A stretch of 46,429 nt of DNA, from contig JBBDRO010000033.1 of the NCBI GenBank assembly GCA_040905425.1, positions 1-46,429 of the forward strand. Reading direction: 5' to 3'. Below the pieces are notes generated by a model, which did not search any database, had not been told where the DNA came from, and worked only from the letters and a program-made list of their open reading frames with translations. A program made the position numbers and the translations under genes. The DNA comes from Gemmatimonadota bacterium (GTDB lineage Bacteria > Gemmatimonadota > Gemmatimonadetes > Longimicrobiales > RSA9). Position 1 is the stretch's first letter. Every line of letters starts with the position of its first letter. This document shows positions 10,849 to 20,183 of this stretch, in pieces.

Positions 10849-13680
10849 GTGATCGATCCTGCAGGCGCATCCGGCGGTGAAGCCCCGCCGGCCACGGTAC
10901 TCGTCATCGACGATGATCCGGATACGCGCGCCCTCATCACGGCCACGCTCGCGCACCGGGGTCACCAGGTGGTTACCGCCGCCGATGGCCGCACCGGGCT
11001 CGAGCGCGCCGGGCAGGCGGACCTGATACTCCTGGACGTCATGCTGCCGGACATGGACGGCTGGGCCATCTGCCGCACGTTGAAGGCGCGCGATGCAGGG
11101 CTGCCCGTCATCATGGTGACCGCCCGCACCGGGCGTGATGACCTGGTGCGCACGTTCGAAGCGGGCGCGGACGACTACATAGCCAAGCCATTCCACGAAG
11201 GCGAACTCCTGGCCCGCGTGGGCTCCCGGCTGGCCGCGCGCCGTAGCGAGGAGGAGTTGCGGCTGGCGCTGGAGCGCTATGAGCTGGCGGGGCGGGCCAG
11301 CAGCGAGGTCCTCTGGGAGTGGGATGTGGCACGTGGCACCATTACGTGGAGTGAGGGGCTTCCGCTGGTCTTCGGGCATACCCTGACCGCCGCGACGGGC
11401 CGCCTGGATTGGTGGCTCGAGCAGGTGCACCCGGCACAACGTGAACGTGTGCGGCGCACCCTCGAGGAGGCGCTAGAGTCCGCGGACGGAGCGTGGTACC
11501 AGGAGTATCGGTTGCGCCGCGCGGACGGCCGCTGGGCGGACGTGGCGGACCGCGGCTTCGTGGCCCGCCCGGATGGTCGCTCGGTGCGCATGATCGGCTC
11601 CATGCTGGACATATCGGCGCGCAAGCGCATGGAAGGCACGCTCCGATATCTCTCCGAGGCAAGCGCTGTGCTGGCCAACTCCCTGGATCCGGCGCAGACG
11701 CTGGCCGGGGTGGCGCGCGTGAGCCCGGGGTTTCTGGGCGATGTGGCCCTTGTACTGCATGATGAAGGGCAGGGGACGTTTCGTGTGGCGGCCGCCGCGC
11801 ATGGCGACCCCGCTCGTCAAGCCGCCCTGCAGGCCATGACGGACACGCTCCAGATTGCTTGCGGCGACGGGTGCGGTGCGCTGGCGAGCGCCCTGCATGC
11901 GGGGGAGCCTGCCCTGCTGAGCGGCACCGCCTGCGCCGACCTGGCCGCTCTCGAACTCACCTCACTCATCATCCTTCCGCTGAGTGTCGGCACCGGGACC
12001 GACGCGGCTCTGGTGTTCGGCGCCACCGCCGCGGGCCCGCCGCTGGAGGGCGCGGACCTCGACGTGGCTCGCGAGCTGGCCCGGCGCACCGCCCTGGCGC
12101 TCGACAAGGCGCGGCTGTACTCGGGCGTGGAGAGTGCGGAGCGGCGCTACCGCCTGTTGTTCGAAAAGAATCCGCAGGCACTCCTGGTCTGGGACGTGGA
12201 GACCCGCGCGATCCTGGCGGCCAACGCCGCCGCCCTCGTGCTCTACGGCTACGAGCGTGACCGCCTGCTGGCGTTGAGCGTCAACGACCTCCGGCCGCCC
12301 GAGGAACTTCCCCTCCTGGATGCCGCTCTGGACGGGGTCGAGGCGGACACCGGGCGCCACATGCGGGCCCTGCATCGACGAGCGGATGGCACCACCATCG
12401 AGGTCGAGGTCGTCTCCAACCCGCTCGAGTTCGAGGGTCGTGCCGCCCGGCTGGTGCTCGTGGTGGACGTGAGCGAGCGGGTGCGTTCCGAGCTGGCGCT
12501 GCGGGAAACCGAAGAGCAACTCCGGCAGGCCCAGAAGATGGAGGCCATCGGCAGGCTGGCGGGGGGGGTGGCGCACGATTTCAACAACATCCTGACGGCC
12601 ATCCAGGGCCACGCCCGACTGCTCCTCACGCAGATTGAGGATGGTCCCGCGTTGGCGGACGTGGTCGAGATCGACCGGGCGGCGGAGCGGGCGGCCTCAC
12701 TCACGCGGCAGCTGCTTGCCTTCGGGCGCCGCCAGGTGTTGCAACCCCGCGTACTCGATCTGAATGAAACCGTGGGTGAGCTGGACCGAATGCTGCGCCG
12801 CATCATCGGCGAGCAAGTGGTGATGGACACGAGCCTGGATCCGGACCTGCCGCACGTGCGGGTGGATCCCGGGCAGATGGAGCAGGTGCTGGTGAACCTG
12901 GTGGTCAACGCCAAGGATGCCATGCCCGGCGGCGGCCGTCTCCGGATCAGCACGCGCCGCGAGGTGGTGGCGGCCCACGATGGGGTCGAGGGGCTTGAGG
13001 CAGGCGAGCACGTCATCCTGGAAGTGCGCGATTCCGGCCAGGGAATGGCGCCCGACGTCCGCGCGCGCATCTTCGAGCCTTTCTTCACCACCAAGCCGGT
13101 GGGTAAGGGGACGGGGCTCGGCCTGGCCACGGTGTACGGCATCGTCCGGCAGACGGGCGGGGCCGTGGTTGTGCACAGCGCAGGGGGCCAGGGCGCCACC
13201 TTCCAGGTCTATCTGCCCGCCGTCGAGGCGCCAACCGCGCCGCAACCCGAGGCGGGCAAGCCGGACGCGGACACGGACGGGCAGGGCGCCGGCCAGGTCA
13301 TCCTCGTGGTGGAGGACGAGCCGGCCGTCCGCCAGCTGGCGCGGCGCGTGCTGGAGCGCGAGGGCTACACCGTTCTGGAGGCCGCCAACGCCGCGGCGGC
13401 GCTCGAGCTGGCCGACGGATTTGCGGGGCGCATCCACCTGCTGCTGAGCGATGTGGTCATGCCGGGGATGGGCGGGCCGGAACTGGCGCGCACGCTGGTT
13501 GGCCGCCGACCCGATACGGGGGTGCTTTTCATGTCGGGCTACGCCGAGGATGAGATCGTGGACCACGGCGTGCTGTTGCCGGGCGTGGATTTCCTGCCCA
13601 AGCCATTCGGCCCCCGGGAGCTGGCGGACCGGGTCCTGGCCGCCGTGCGCACCGCCCATCCGCCGCGTGCGGCGCGTTGA
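10849..13680 (+). CDS. Cytoplasmic hybrid sensor histidine kinase REC-PAS-GAF-PAS-HisKA-HATPase-REC
   Basis: REC (LLDVMLPDMDG, DYIAKPF), PAS (LWEWD..VHP), GAF, PAS, H-box GGVAHDFNNIL, N-box NLVVNAKDAM, FEPFFTTK..GTGLGL, C-terminal REC (SDVVMPGMGG, LPKPF). Confidence 0.9.
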   Translation: MIDPAGASGGEAPPATVLVIDDDPDTRALITATLAHRGHQVVTAADGRTGLERAGQADLILLDVMLPDMDGWAICRTLKARDAGLPVIMVTARTGRDDLVRTFEAGADDYIAKPFHEGELLARVGSRLAARRSEEELRLALERYELAGRASSEVLWEWDVARGTITWSEGLPLVFGHTLTAATGRLDWWLEQVHPAQRERVRRTLEEALESADGAWYQEYRLRRADGRWADVADRGFVARPDGRSVRMIGSMLDISARKRMEGTLRYLSEASAVLANSLDPAQTLAGVARVSPGFLGDVALVLHDEGQGTFRVAAAAHGDPARQAALQAMTDTLQIACGDGCGALASALHAGEPALLSGTACADLAALELTSLIILPLSVGTGTDAALVFGATAAGPPLEGADLDVARELARRTALALDKARLYSGVESAERRYRLLFEKNPQALLVWDVETRAILAANAAALVLYGYERDRLLALSVNDLRPPEELPLLDAALDGVEADTGRHMRALHRRADGTTIEVEVVSNPLEFEGRAARLVLVVDVSERVRSELALRETEEQLRQAQKMEAIGRLAGGVAHDFNNILTAIQGHARLLLTQIEDGPALADVVEIDRAAERAASLTRQLLAFGRRQVLQPRVLDLNETVGELDRMLRRIIGEQVVMDTSLDPDLPHVRVDPGQMEQVLVNLVVNAKDAMPGGGRLRISTRREVVAAHDGVEGLEAGEHVILEVRDSGQGMAPDVRARIFEPFFTTKPVGKGTGLGLATVYGIVRQTGGAVVVHSAGGQGATFQVYLPAVEAPTAPQPEAGKPDADTDGQGAGQVILVVEDEPAVRQLARRVLEREGYTVLEAANAAAALELADGFAGRIHLLLSDVVMPGMGGPELARTLVGRRPDTGVLFMSGYAEDEIVDHGVLLPGVDFLPKPFGPRELADRVLAAVRTAHPPRAAR

Positions 13681-13705
13681 CAACCCGGCCCATCGTGGGC
13701 AAGTT
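13677..13705 (+). promoter_or_regulatory. Putative sigma70-type promoter for secDF
   Basis: TTGACA (13677-13682, overlapping the kinase stop), 17 nt, CAAGTT (13700-13705). Confidence 0.5.
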
Positions 13706-13770
13706 CAACGCTTGTGCCTGACGCGGATCCCGCCGCGCCGAGCCGTCCAGACAACCAGTGAGATACGCCG

Positions 13771-15447
13771 ATGTTCTCGACGCTCCGAGGACGCTTCCTC
13801 GTGATCCTGGGCGCCGTTGCCCTGGCCCTGGGCGCACTCTTCGTGCACCCGGAGGGCGAACCCGCCATCAAGCTCGGCCTGGACCTGCAGGGCGGGATGC
13901 AGCTGGCGCTGGAGATCAGCGACCCCGAGGGCACGATGGATCCCGAGTTGAAGCGGGAGGCCATCGACCAGAACATGTTCATCCTGCGCAACCGGATCGA
14001 CGAGTTCGGGGTCACCGAGCCCATCGTGCAGAAGTCGGGTGACACGCGCATCATCGTGGAGCTGGCGGGTGTCACGGACGAGGGCCGGGCCAAGGCGGTC
14101 ATCGAGCGCGCCGCCTACCTGGAATGGAAGCTGGTCCGGCCCACGGCGGAGTTCTCGACGGTGCTGCAGCGCATGGACCGGATCGCCGCCCTGCATGTGG
14201 ACACGATGGATCTGGCGGCGGGGCCCGCAGCCGGCGAAGCCGCCGGCCCGCAGGCGGATTTCGCGGAGACCTTCTTCGGTGGGGACACGGCGGCCGCCGG
14301 TGATACCGCGGTCACGGACACCGCCACCGCGGATACGGCCGCCGGGGATACCACCGCCGCTACCGCGCAGGAGCTCGCGGCAGCGCGTGCCGCCAACCGC
14401 ACCCCCCTCAGCAACCGCATTCTGGGCGGCGCCCAGGACGGTGAGTTCCTCGTGCACGTGGACGAGGTGGAGGCGGTGCGGCGCCTGCTGGACATAGCCG
14501 ACGTGCGCGCCGCCCTGCCCAGGGACGCCGAGCTGCGCTGGGGTTCGGACGCGGTCGCGTCGGGCCCGGACCTCTACCAGCCGCTCTTCTTCCTGGACAA
14601 GGAGCCGTTCCTCACCGGGGAGAACCTGGTGGAGGCCATTCCGGGTCGGGACGCGCAGTTCAATCAGACCATCGTGTCCTTCACGCTCAACCGGCGTGGC
14701 GGCAACATCTTCGACCGGGTCACGTCCCAGCACATCGGGGACCGCATTGCCATCGTGCTGGACAGCCTGGTGCACAGCGCGCCGGTGGTGGAGGGCCGCA
14801 TCGGCCGCAACGGACAAATCACCCTCAATCAGGCGCCGCTCGAGGAAGCCCAGGACCTTGCGCTGGTGCTGAACGCCGGTGCCTTCAAGGCGCCGCTGGA
14901 GATCGTCGAGCAGCGCTCGGTGGGACCCTCGCTGGGCGCGGAGGCCGTTCAGCAGGGCAAGATCGCCGGCATCCTCGGCGTGGTGCTGGTGCTCCTGGTC
15001 ATGGTGGTCTACTACCGCATGGCGGGCGTGCTCGCGGTGGCTGCCCTGGTGCTCTTCGTGCTCTTCGTGCTCGGCGGCCTGGCCGGCTTCGGCGCCACCC
15101 TCAGCGCGCCCGGGATCGCCGGCCTCATCCTCTCCATCGGCATGGCTGTGGATGCCAACGTGCTCATCTTCGAGCGCATACGTGAGGAGTTGGCCGGTGG
15201 GCGTACGCCGCGGGCTGCAGCGGATCTGGGGTTCCAGCACGCCATGTCGGCCATCGTGGACTCCAACCTCACCACGCTCATCACGGCCCTCATCCTCTTC
15301 CAGGTGGGCACGGGACCGGTGCGCGGCTTTGCGGTGACGCTCTCCATCGGTATCATCGCGTCGTTCTTCTCGGCCGTCTTCGTCACGCGCACCTTCTTTC
15401 TCCTCTACCTCGACCGGAAGCGCACCGGTGAGGCCCTGAGCATCTGA
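13771..15447 (+). CDS. secD: Protein translocase subunit SecD
   Basis: LGLDLQGG, RNRIDEFGVTEP, AIVLD, VGPSLG, IGMAVDANVLIFERIREE, six TMs. Confidence 0.96.
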   Translation: MFSTLRGRFLVILGAVALALGALFVHPEGEPAIKLGLDLQGGMQLALEISDPEGTMDPELKREAIDQNMFILRNRIDEFGVTEPIVQKSGDTRIIVELAGVTDEGRAKAVIERAAYLEWKLVRPTAEFSTVLQRMDRIAALHVDTMDLAAGPAAGEAAGPQADFAETFFGGDTAAAGDTAVTDTATADTAAGDTTAATAQELAAARAANRTPLSNRILGGAQDGEFLVHVDEVEAVRRLLDIADVRAALPRDAELRWGSDAVASGPDLYQPLFFLDKEPFLTGENLVEAIPGRDAQFNQTIVSFTLNRRGGNIFDRVTSQHIGDRIAIVLDSLVHSAPVVEGRIGRNGQITLNQAPLEEAQDLALVLNAGAFKAPLEIVEQRSVGPSLGAEAVQQGKIAGILGVVLVLLVMVVYYRMAGVLAVAALVLFVLFVLGGLAGFGATLSAPGIAGLILSIGMAVDANVLIFERIREELAGGRTPRAAADLGFQHAMSAIVDSNLTTLITALILFQVGTGPVRGFAVTLSIGIIASFFSAVFVTRTFFLLYLDRKRTGEALSI

Positions 15448-15460
15448 CCGCGGAACCCTC

Positions 15461-16441
15461 ATGCGATTCTTTGCCCAAGCGCACTACGACTTCCTCAGCA
15501 TGCGCCGCAAGGCCTACATGCTCAGCGGCGCCGCCGTGGCGCTGGCCGTGGCCGGCGCCCTCTTCTGGCAGGCCACGACCGGGCACTGGCTGAACTACGG
15601 CGTGGACTTCACCGGCGGCACGCTGGTGCTCGTGGAATTTGACGAGCCCGTGGCGCTGAACGAGCTGCGGCAGGCCATCACCGAGGTCATTCCGGGAAGC
15701 GAGGTCACCCGGTTCGGCGCGGAGAACGAGTTCCAGATCCGGGCGCCCCAGGAGGAGGGCACGGACGCGGCCGAGGCCGGCGAGACCATCGGTCCCGCCC
15801 TGGACGGCGCGTTCGGTGCGGACGCCTACCGCATTCTGCTCACCGAATCCGTGGGCGCCAAGGTGGGCAGTGAGCTGCAGACCAAGGCCGTGCTGGCCAT
15901 CCTGCTCTCGTTCGCGGCCACGCTGGTCTACCTGGCCATCCGCTTCGAGTGGCGCTTCGGGACGGCCGCCGTCATTGCCACGGTCCACGACATCGTGCTG
16001 ACCATGGGCCTGCTGTCGGTGCTGCAGCTGGAGATCTCGCTGCCGACCGTGGCGGCGGTGCTCACCATCATCGGTTACTCGCTGAATGACACCATCGTGA
16101 TCTTCGACCGGATCCGCGAGAACGTGGCCAACCACGGCCGGCGCGAAGGCATCCGGGAGCTGGTGAACCGGTCCATCAACGAGACGCTGCCCCGCACCGT
16201 GATCACGTCGGGAACCACGCTGGCGGTGCTCCTGTCCCTCTTCCTCTTCGGGGGCACCATGGTGCAGGGCTTTGCCTTCATCCTGATCGTGGGTATCGTG
16301 CTGGGCACGTATTCGTCGATCTTCGTGGCTTCGCCGGCGCTGCTGGAGATCGACCGCCGCTGGCCCGCCGAGCGGAAGCGTGCCCGCGGCAGTCGCAAGG
16401 GCCCGGCTGGCGGCACCGCGAGCGCCGGTGCCGGTGCCTGA
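15461..16441 (+). CDS. secF: Protein translocase subunit SecF
   Basis: GVDFTGG, IRFEWRFG, HD, GYSLNDTIVIFDRIREN, GTYSSIFVA. Confidence 0.96.
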   Translation: MRFFAQAHYDFLSMRRKAYMLSGAAVALAVAGALFWQATTGHWLNYGVDFTGGTLVLVEFDEPVALNELRQAITEVIPGSEVTRFGAENEFQIRAPQEEGTDAAEAGETIGPALDGAFGADAYRILLTESVGAKVGSELQTKAVLAILLSFAATLVYLAIRFEWRFGTAAVIATVHDIVLTMGLLSVLQLEISLPTVAAVLTIIGYSLNDTIVIFDRIRENVANHGRREGIRELVNRSINETLPRTVITSGTTLAVLLSLFLFGGTMVQGFAFILIVGIVLGTYSSIFVASPALLEIDRRWPAERKRARGSRKGPAGGTASAGAGA

Positions 16442-16465
16442 CCGGCGGAGCGCGTAGCACGCACC

Positions 16466-16498
16466 GGGGCCGCCGCGGGGACGTACCGCGGCGGCCCC
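16466..16498. repeat. Perfect 13-bp GC-rich inverted repeat (7-nt loop) downstream of secF
   Basis: GGGGCCGCCGCGG (16466-16478) / CCGCGGCGGCCCC (16486-16498); no U-tract. Confidence 0.7.
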
Positions 16499-16573
16499 GC
16501 GCGCGTCAGGCGGCCGGGCGCCGCATCGCAGCCGTGCCGCGTGCGCCTGATAGATCGACGATGGAAGGTGGGC

Positions 16574-17338
16574 ATGGAGCTCTTCGACAGTCACTGTCAT
16601 CTCACCGACGAACGCTTTGCTGGTGAAGTGGACGCGGTGCTGCAGCGGGCGCGCCAGGGCGGTGTGGCCGCCATGGTGACGATCGCGTCGGACGCGCCGG
16701 ACGCGCTGGCGGCGGCCGCCGTCGCGGAGGCTCATCCGGACGTCTGGAGCAGCGCGGGGATTCACCCGCACGTGGCGGAGGGCGCGGATGTGCGGGGCCA
16801 GGACACCGTGCGGGAGCTGCTTACCCACCCACGGGTGGTGGCCGTAGGTGAGACCGGGCTGGATTACCACTATGACAACAGCCCGCGGGAGGTGCAGCGC
16901 GCGCTCTTCGAATGGCATCTGGAGCAGGCGGCGGAGACGGACTGTCCCGTGATCGTCCATTCCCGGGACGCCGACCAGGACACGATTGCCATGCTACGCG
17001 CGGCTGGATCCGGGGTCCGTGGTGTATTGCATTGCTTCGCCGGCGGCGTGCCGCTGCTGGATGCCGCACTGGAGCTGGACTGGTGGGTTTCCTTCGCCGG
17101 GCTGGTGAGCTTCAAGCGCTACGAGAGCGCCGACCTGGTGCGCGCGGTGCCGGACGCCCGGCTGCTGGTGGAGACGGACAGCCCGTACCTGGCGCCCGTG
17201 CCCCACCGGGGCCGCCGCAACGAGCCGCTGCACGTGCGCCACGTGGTGGAGGCCGTGGCCGCGCACCGCGGTCAGGAGCCGGCGCAGGTGGCGGCGCTCA
17301 CCACCGCGAACGCGCGCGCCTTCTACCGGCTCTCCTGA
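16574..17338 (+). CDS. tatD: TatD-family metal-dependent nuclease
   Basis: DSHCHL, GIHPH, VGETGLDYHY, VIVHSR, VLHCF, ETDSPYLAP. Confidence 0.93.
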   Translation: MELFDSHCHLTDERFAGEVDAVLQRARQGGVAAMVTIASDAPDALAAAAVAEAHPDVWSSAGIHPHVAEGADVRGQDTVRELLTHPRVVAVGETGLDYHYDNSPREVQRALFEWHLEQAAETDCPVIVHSRDADQDTIAMLRAAGSGVRGVLHCFAGGVPLLDAALELDWWVSFAGLVSFKRYESADLVRAVPDARLLVETDSPYLAPVPHRGRRNEPLHVRHVVEAVAAHRGQEPAQVAALTTANARAFYRLS

Positions 17339-17428
17339 TCGTCGTCCGGACGTGATTTCGCCCGCGCGCCCTCGTACATTGTCAGTCTCGTGGCGCTCCG
17401 CAGCGTTGCACCCTCGTACCCGGTGAGC

Positions 17429-19222
17429 ATGCCCCGTAGCATTCGCGTCCTGCCCGACAGCGTGGCCAACCAGATCGCGGCCGGTGAGGTGGTCGAGCGG
17501 CCGGCCTCGGTGGTGAAGGAGTTGGTGGAGAACGCCCTCGACGCCGCCGCCACGCGTGTGGACGTCGAGCTGCGCAACGGCGGCAAGACGGAAATCCGGG
17601 TGGCGGATGACGGCTGCGGCATGGGCCGGGAGGACGCACTGCTGGCGCTGGACCGGCATGCCACGAGCAAGATCGTGGAGGCGGAGGACCTCCAGCGGGT
17701 GCGCACGTTCGGCTTCCGGGGGGAGGCGCTGCCGTCCATGGCCTCGGTGTCCCGGCTGGAGCTGGAAACGGCCGAGGCGGGCGGCGTGGGTACCCGGGTG
17801 CGCGTGACGGGCGGCCGCATTGTGGGCGTGGACGACTGCGCTCGGCAGCGGGGCACCACCGTGATGGTGCGCAATCTCTTCGGCAACGTACCGGCGCGTG
17901 CGGCCTTCCTGCGCGGTGCGGGCGTGGAGACCCGCGCCGTCTCCGACGCCGTGCTGGCCCTGGCGCTGGCCAACCTCTCCACGGCGTTTCGCCTCGAATC
18001 CAACGGCCGGTGCCTGCTGGAGCTTCCCGCGGCGGCGGACCTGGCTACCCGCGTGGCGGCGCTGTGGGGCCGCGATGCCGCCGGCACGTACGTGGCCATC
18101 GATCATACCGCCGGCGCCGTTCGTGTCTCCGGCCTGGTGGAGCGGCCGGACGCCTCCCTCAGCGGTCCCCGGCGCACCCACCTGTTCGTGAACGGCCGTC
18201 CCTTCCGCGATCGGGCGGTGCTCGCGGCCGCGGAGCGCGCCTACCGCACCACGGTCCCTGAGGGCGCGCGTCCCTCGCTACTGCTCTACCTTTCCGTGGC
18301 GGGAGAGGACGTGGACCTGAACGTGCACCCCACCAAGGCGGAGGTGCGCTTCCGGGACGGCGGCGCGCTGGCGGCCGCGGTGGAGACGGCGGTGCACGGC
18401 GCGCTGAATACCGGTGAGAGCTCCGCCACGCTGGACCGCACCCCCGCGGTGCCCCAGCTCCGGCGGCCCGAGCCGCCGTCGGCCCCGGCCCCGGCCGCGG
18501 GGGGCGCGGCGGTCCGGGAAGGCGCCCCCGCGCCTGGCCAGCTCACCTTCTTCCGGGCCGCGCGCGAGCCGGGCGTGGAGGAGGGCAACGGCGCGGTCGG
18601 AGAGGCGGCGCCGGCACCGGAGGACGTGTCCCTTGAGGCGTCGGCGCGCCCCGCCCTCTGGCAGATCCACGAGACCTTCATCCTGGCCGAGACGCGCACC
18701 GGCCTGCTCATCATCGACCAGCACTCCGCGCACGAGCGCATCCTTTTCCAGCAGCTCATGGATGCGTTCGAGGGCGGCGGGCAGGGCAGCCAGCGGCTGC
18801 TCTTCCCCCTCACGCTGCGGCTGGCGCCGGCGGAGTACAGCGTGGTGGACGCGTCGCGCGAGATCCTGCAGCGGGCCGGCTACGAGATCGAGCCGTTCGG
18901 CGGCCGCACCGTGATCGTACATGCCGCACCCAATCCGCACCCCTGGTTCGATGCGGAGCGCTGCCTGCGCGAGATGGTGGCCGAACTGGCCGCGGGAAGC
19001 GATCTGACCCGCGCCGGGCGTGACCAGTACGAGCGCATTGCCATGACCTTTGCGTGCAAGGGCGCCATCAAGGCGGGCCAGCGGCTCTCGCCGCAGGAGA
19101 TGGGTGAACTGTTCGACCGCCTCTTCGCCACGGACCTGCCGTATCACGACGTGCACGGGCGTCCCACCGTGGTGCGCCTCTCGGTGCACGAGCTGGAGCG
19201 CCGTTTCGGACGGCATGGTTGA
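17429..19222 (+). CDS. mutL: DNA mismatch repair endonuclease MutL
   Basis: NQIAAGEVVERPASVVKELVENALDA, GFRGEAL, NVHPTKAEV, DQHSAHER, ACK, HGRP. Confidence 0.96.
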   Translation: MPRSIRVLPDSVANQIAAGEVVERPASVVKELVENALDAAATRVDVELRNGGKTEIRVADDGCGMGREDALLALDRHATSKIVEAEDLQRVRTFGFRGEALPSMASVSRLELETAEAGGVGTRVRVTGGRIVGVDDCARQRGTTVMVRNLFGNVPARAAFLRGAGVETRAVSDAVLALALANLSTAFRLESNGRCLLELPAAADLATRVAALWGRDAAGTYVAIDHTAGAVRVSGLVERPDASLSGPRRTHLFVNGRPFRDRAVLAAAERAYRTTVPEGARPSLLLYLSVAGEDVDLNVHPTKAEVRFRDGGALAAAVETAVHGALNTGESSATLDRTPAVPQLRRPEPPSAPAPAAGGAAVREGAPAPGQLTFFRAAREPGVEEGNGAVGEAAPAPEDVSLEASARPALWQIHETFILAETRTGLLIIDQHSAHERILFQQLMDAFEGGGQGSQRLLFPLTLRLAPAEYSVVDASREILQRAGYEIEPFGGRTVIVHAAPNPHPWFDAERCLREMVAELAAGSDLTRAGRDQYERIAMTFACKGAIKAGQRLSPQEMGELFDRLFATDLPYHDVHGRPTVVRLSVHELERRFGRHG

Positions 19223-20183
19223 GCCGGCCGCCCTGGCCATCACGGGGGCCACGGCCACTGGCAAGACCGCGCTGGCCGTGGCGGTGGCGCGGCGGCTGGA
19301 CGGGGAGGTGGTGTCCATGGACTCCCGGCAGGTGTATCGGGGTATGGACATCGGCACGGCCAAGGCTACCCCGGCGGAGCGCGGCGGCGTGCCCCACCAC
19401 GGGCTGGACCTGGTGGCTCCGGACGAGCGCTACAGCGCGGGCGCCTTTGCGCGGGACGCCCGTGGCTGGATCGCGGCCATGCGTGCGCGGGGTCGAGTGC
19501 CGGTGCTGGCCGGCGGCACGGGTTTCTTTCTGCGTGCGCTCATGGAACCACTCTTCGCCGAGCCGCCGCTGGATCGCGAGCGGCGCGGGGCGCTCCGGGC
19601 GTGGCTCGGGCGGCGCTCGCTGGAGGCGGTCCGCCGCATGGCGGGGGCGCTCGATCCGGCCGCGGGTGGCGGCGGTCGGCAGCGTCTGGAGCGCCGCATC
19701 GAGGTGGCGCTGCTCACCGGCAGGACGCTCGGCTGGTGGCACCGAGCCGCGCCCCCCGAGGCGCCGCCCCTGGCGGTCCTGGTGTGCGTGCTGGAACTTC
19801 CCCGCAGAGCGCTCTACCGGCGCATCGATGCGCGGGTGTCCGGCATGGCGCACGCGGGCCTGGTCGAGGAGGTTCGGAAGCTGGTGGAGCGCTACGGGCG
19901 GGACGCAGCGGGCATGAGTGCTACGGGCTACGGGGAAGTGGCGGCCCACCTGGCGGGCGAGTGCCCGCTGGAGGACGCGCTGGACGCCACGCGCCGCGCA
20001 ACCCGGCGCTACGCGCGGCGGCAGCTCACGTGGTTCCGCAACCAGCTGCCCGACGCGCCACGGCTGGACGGTACGCGCCCACTCGAGGAACTGGCGGAGG
20101 AGGTGGCCGCGCTCTGGCGGCTTGCCACCGGACAGGTGCAACCCGCCCACCATGGCGGGCTGGATGAGGAGGAGGGGACGTGA
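19215..20183 (+). CDS. miaA: tRNA dimethylallyltransferase
   Basis: GATATGKT P-loop, DSRQVYRGMDIGTAK, GGTGFF, TRRYARRQLTWFR; conserved mutL-miaA adjacency. Confidence 0.94.
   Translation: MVEPAALAITGATATGKTALAVAVARRLDGEVVSMDSRQVYRGMDIGTAKATPAERGGVPHHGLDLVAPDERYSAGAFARDARGWIAAMRARGRVPVLAGGTGFFLRALMEPLFAEPPLDRERRGALRAWLGRRSLEAVRRMAGALDPAAGGGGRQRLERRIEVALLTGRTLGWWHRAAPPEAPPLAVLVCVLELPRRALYRRIDARVSGMAHAGLVEEVRKLVERYGRDAAGMSATGYGEVAAHLAGECPLEDALDATRRATRRYARRQLTWFRNQLPDAPRLDGTRPLEELAEEVAALWRLATGQVQPAHHGGLDEEEGT

Noticed and set aside
10780..13770. Genomic island integrated at tRNA-Ile2
   Set aside because: No integrase, no duplicated tRNA 3' end and no obvious compositional shift.
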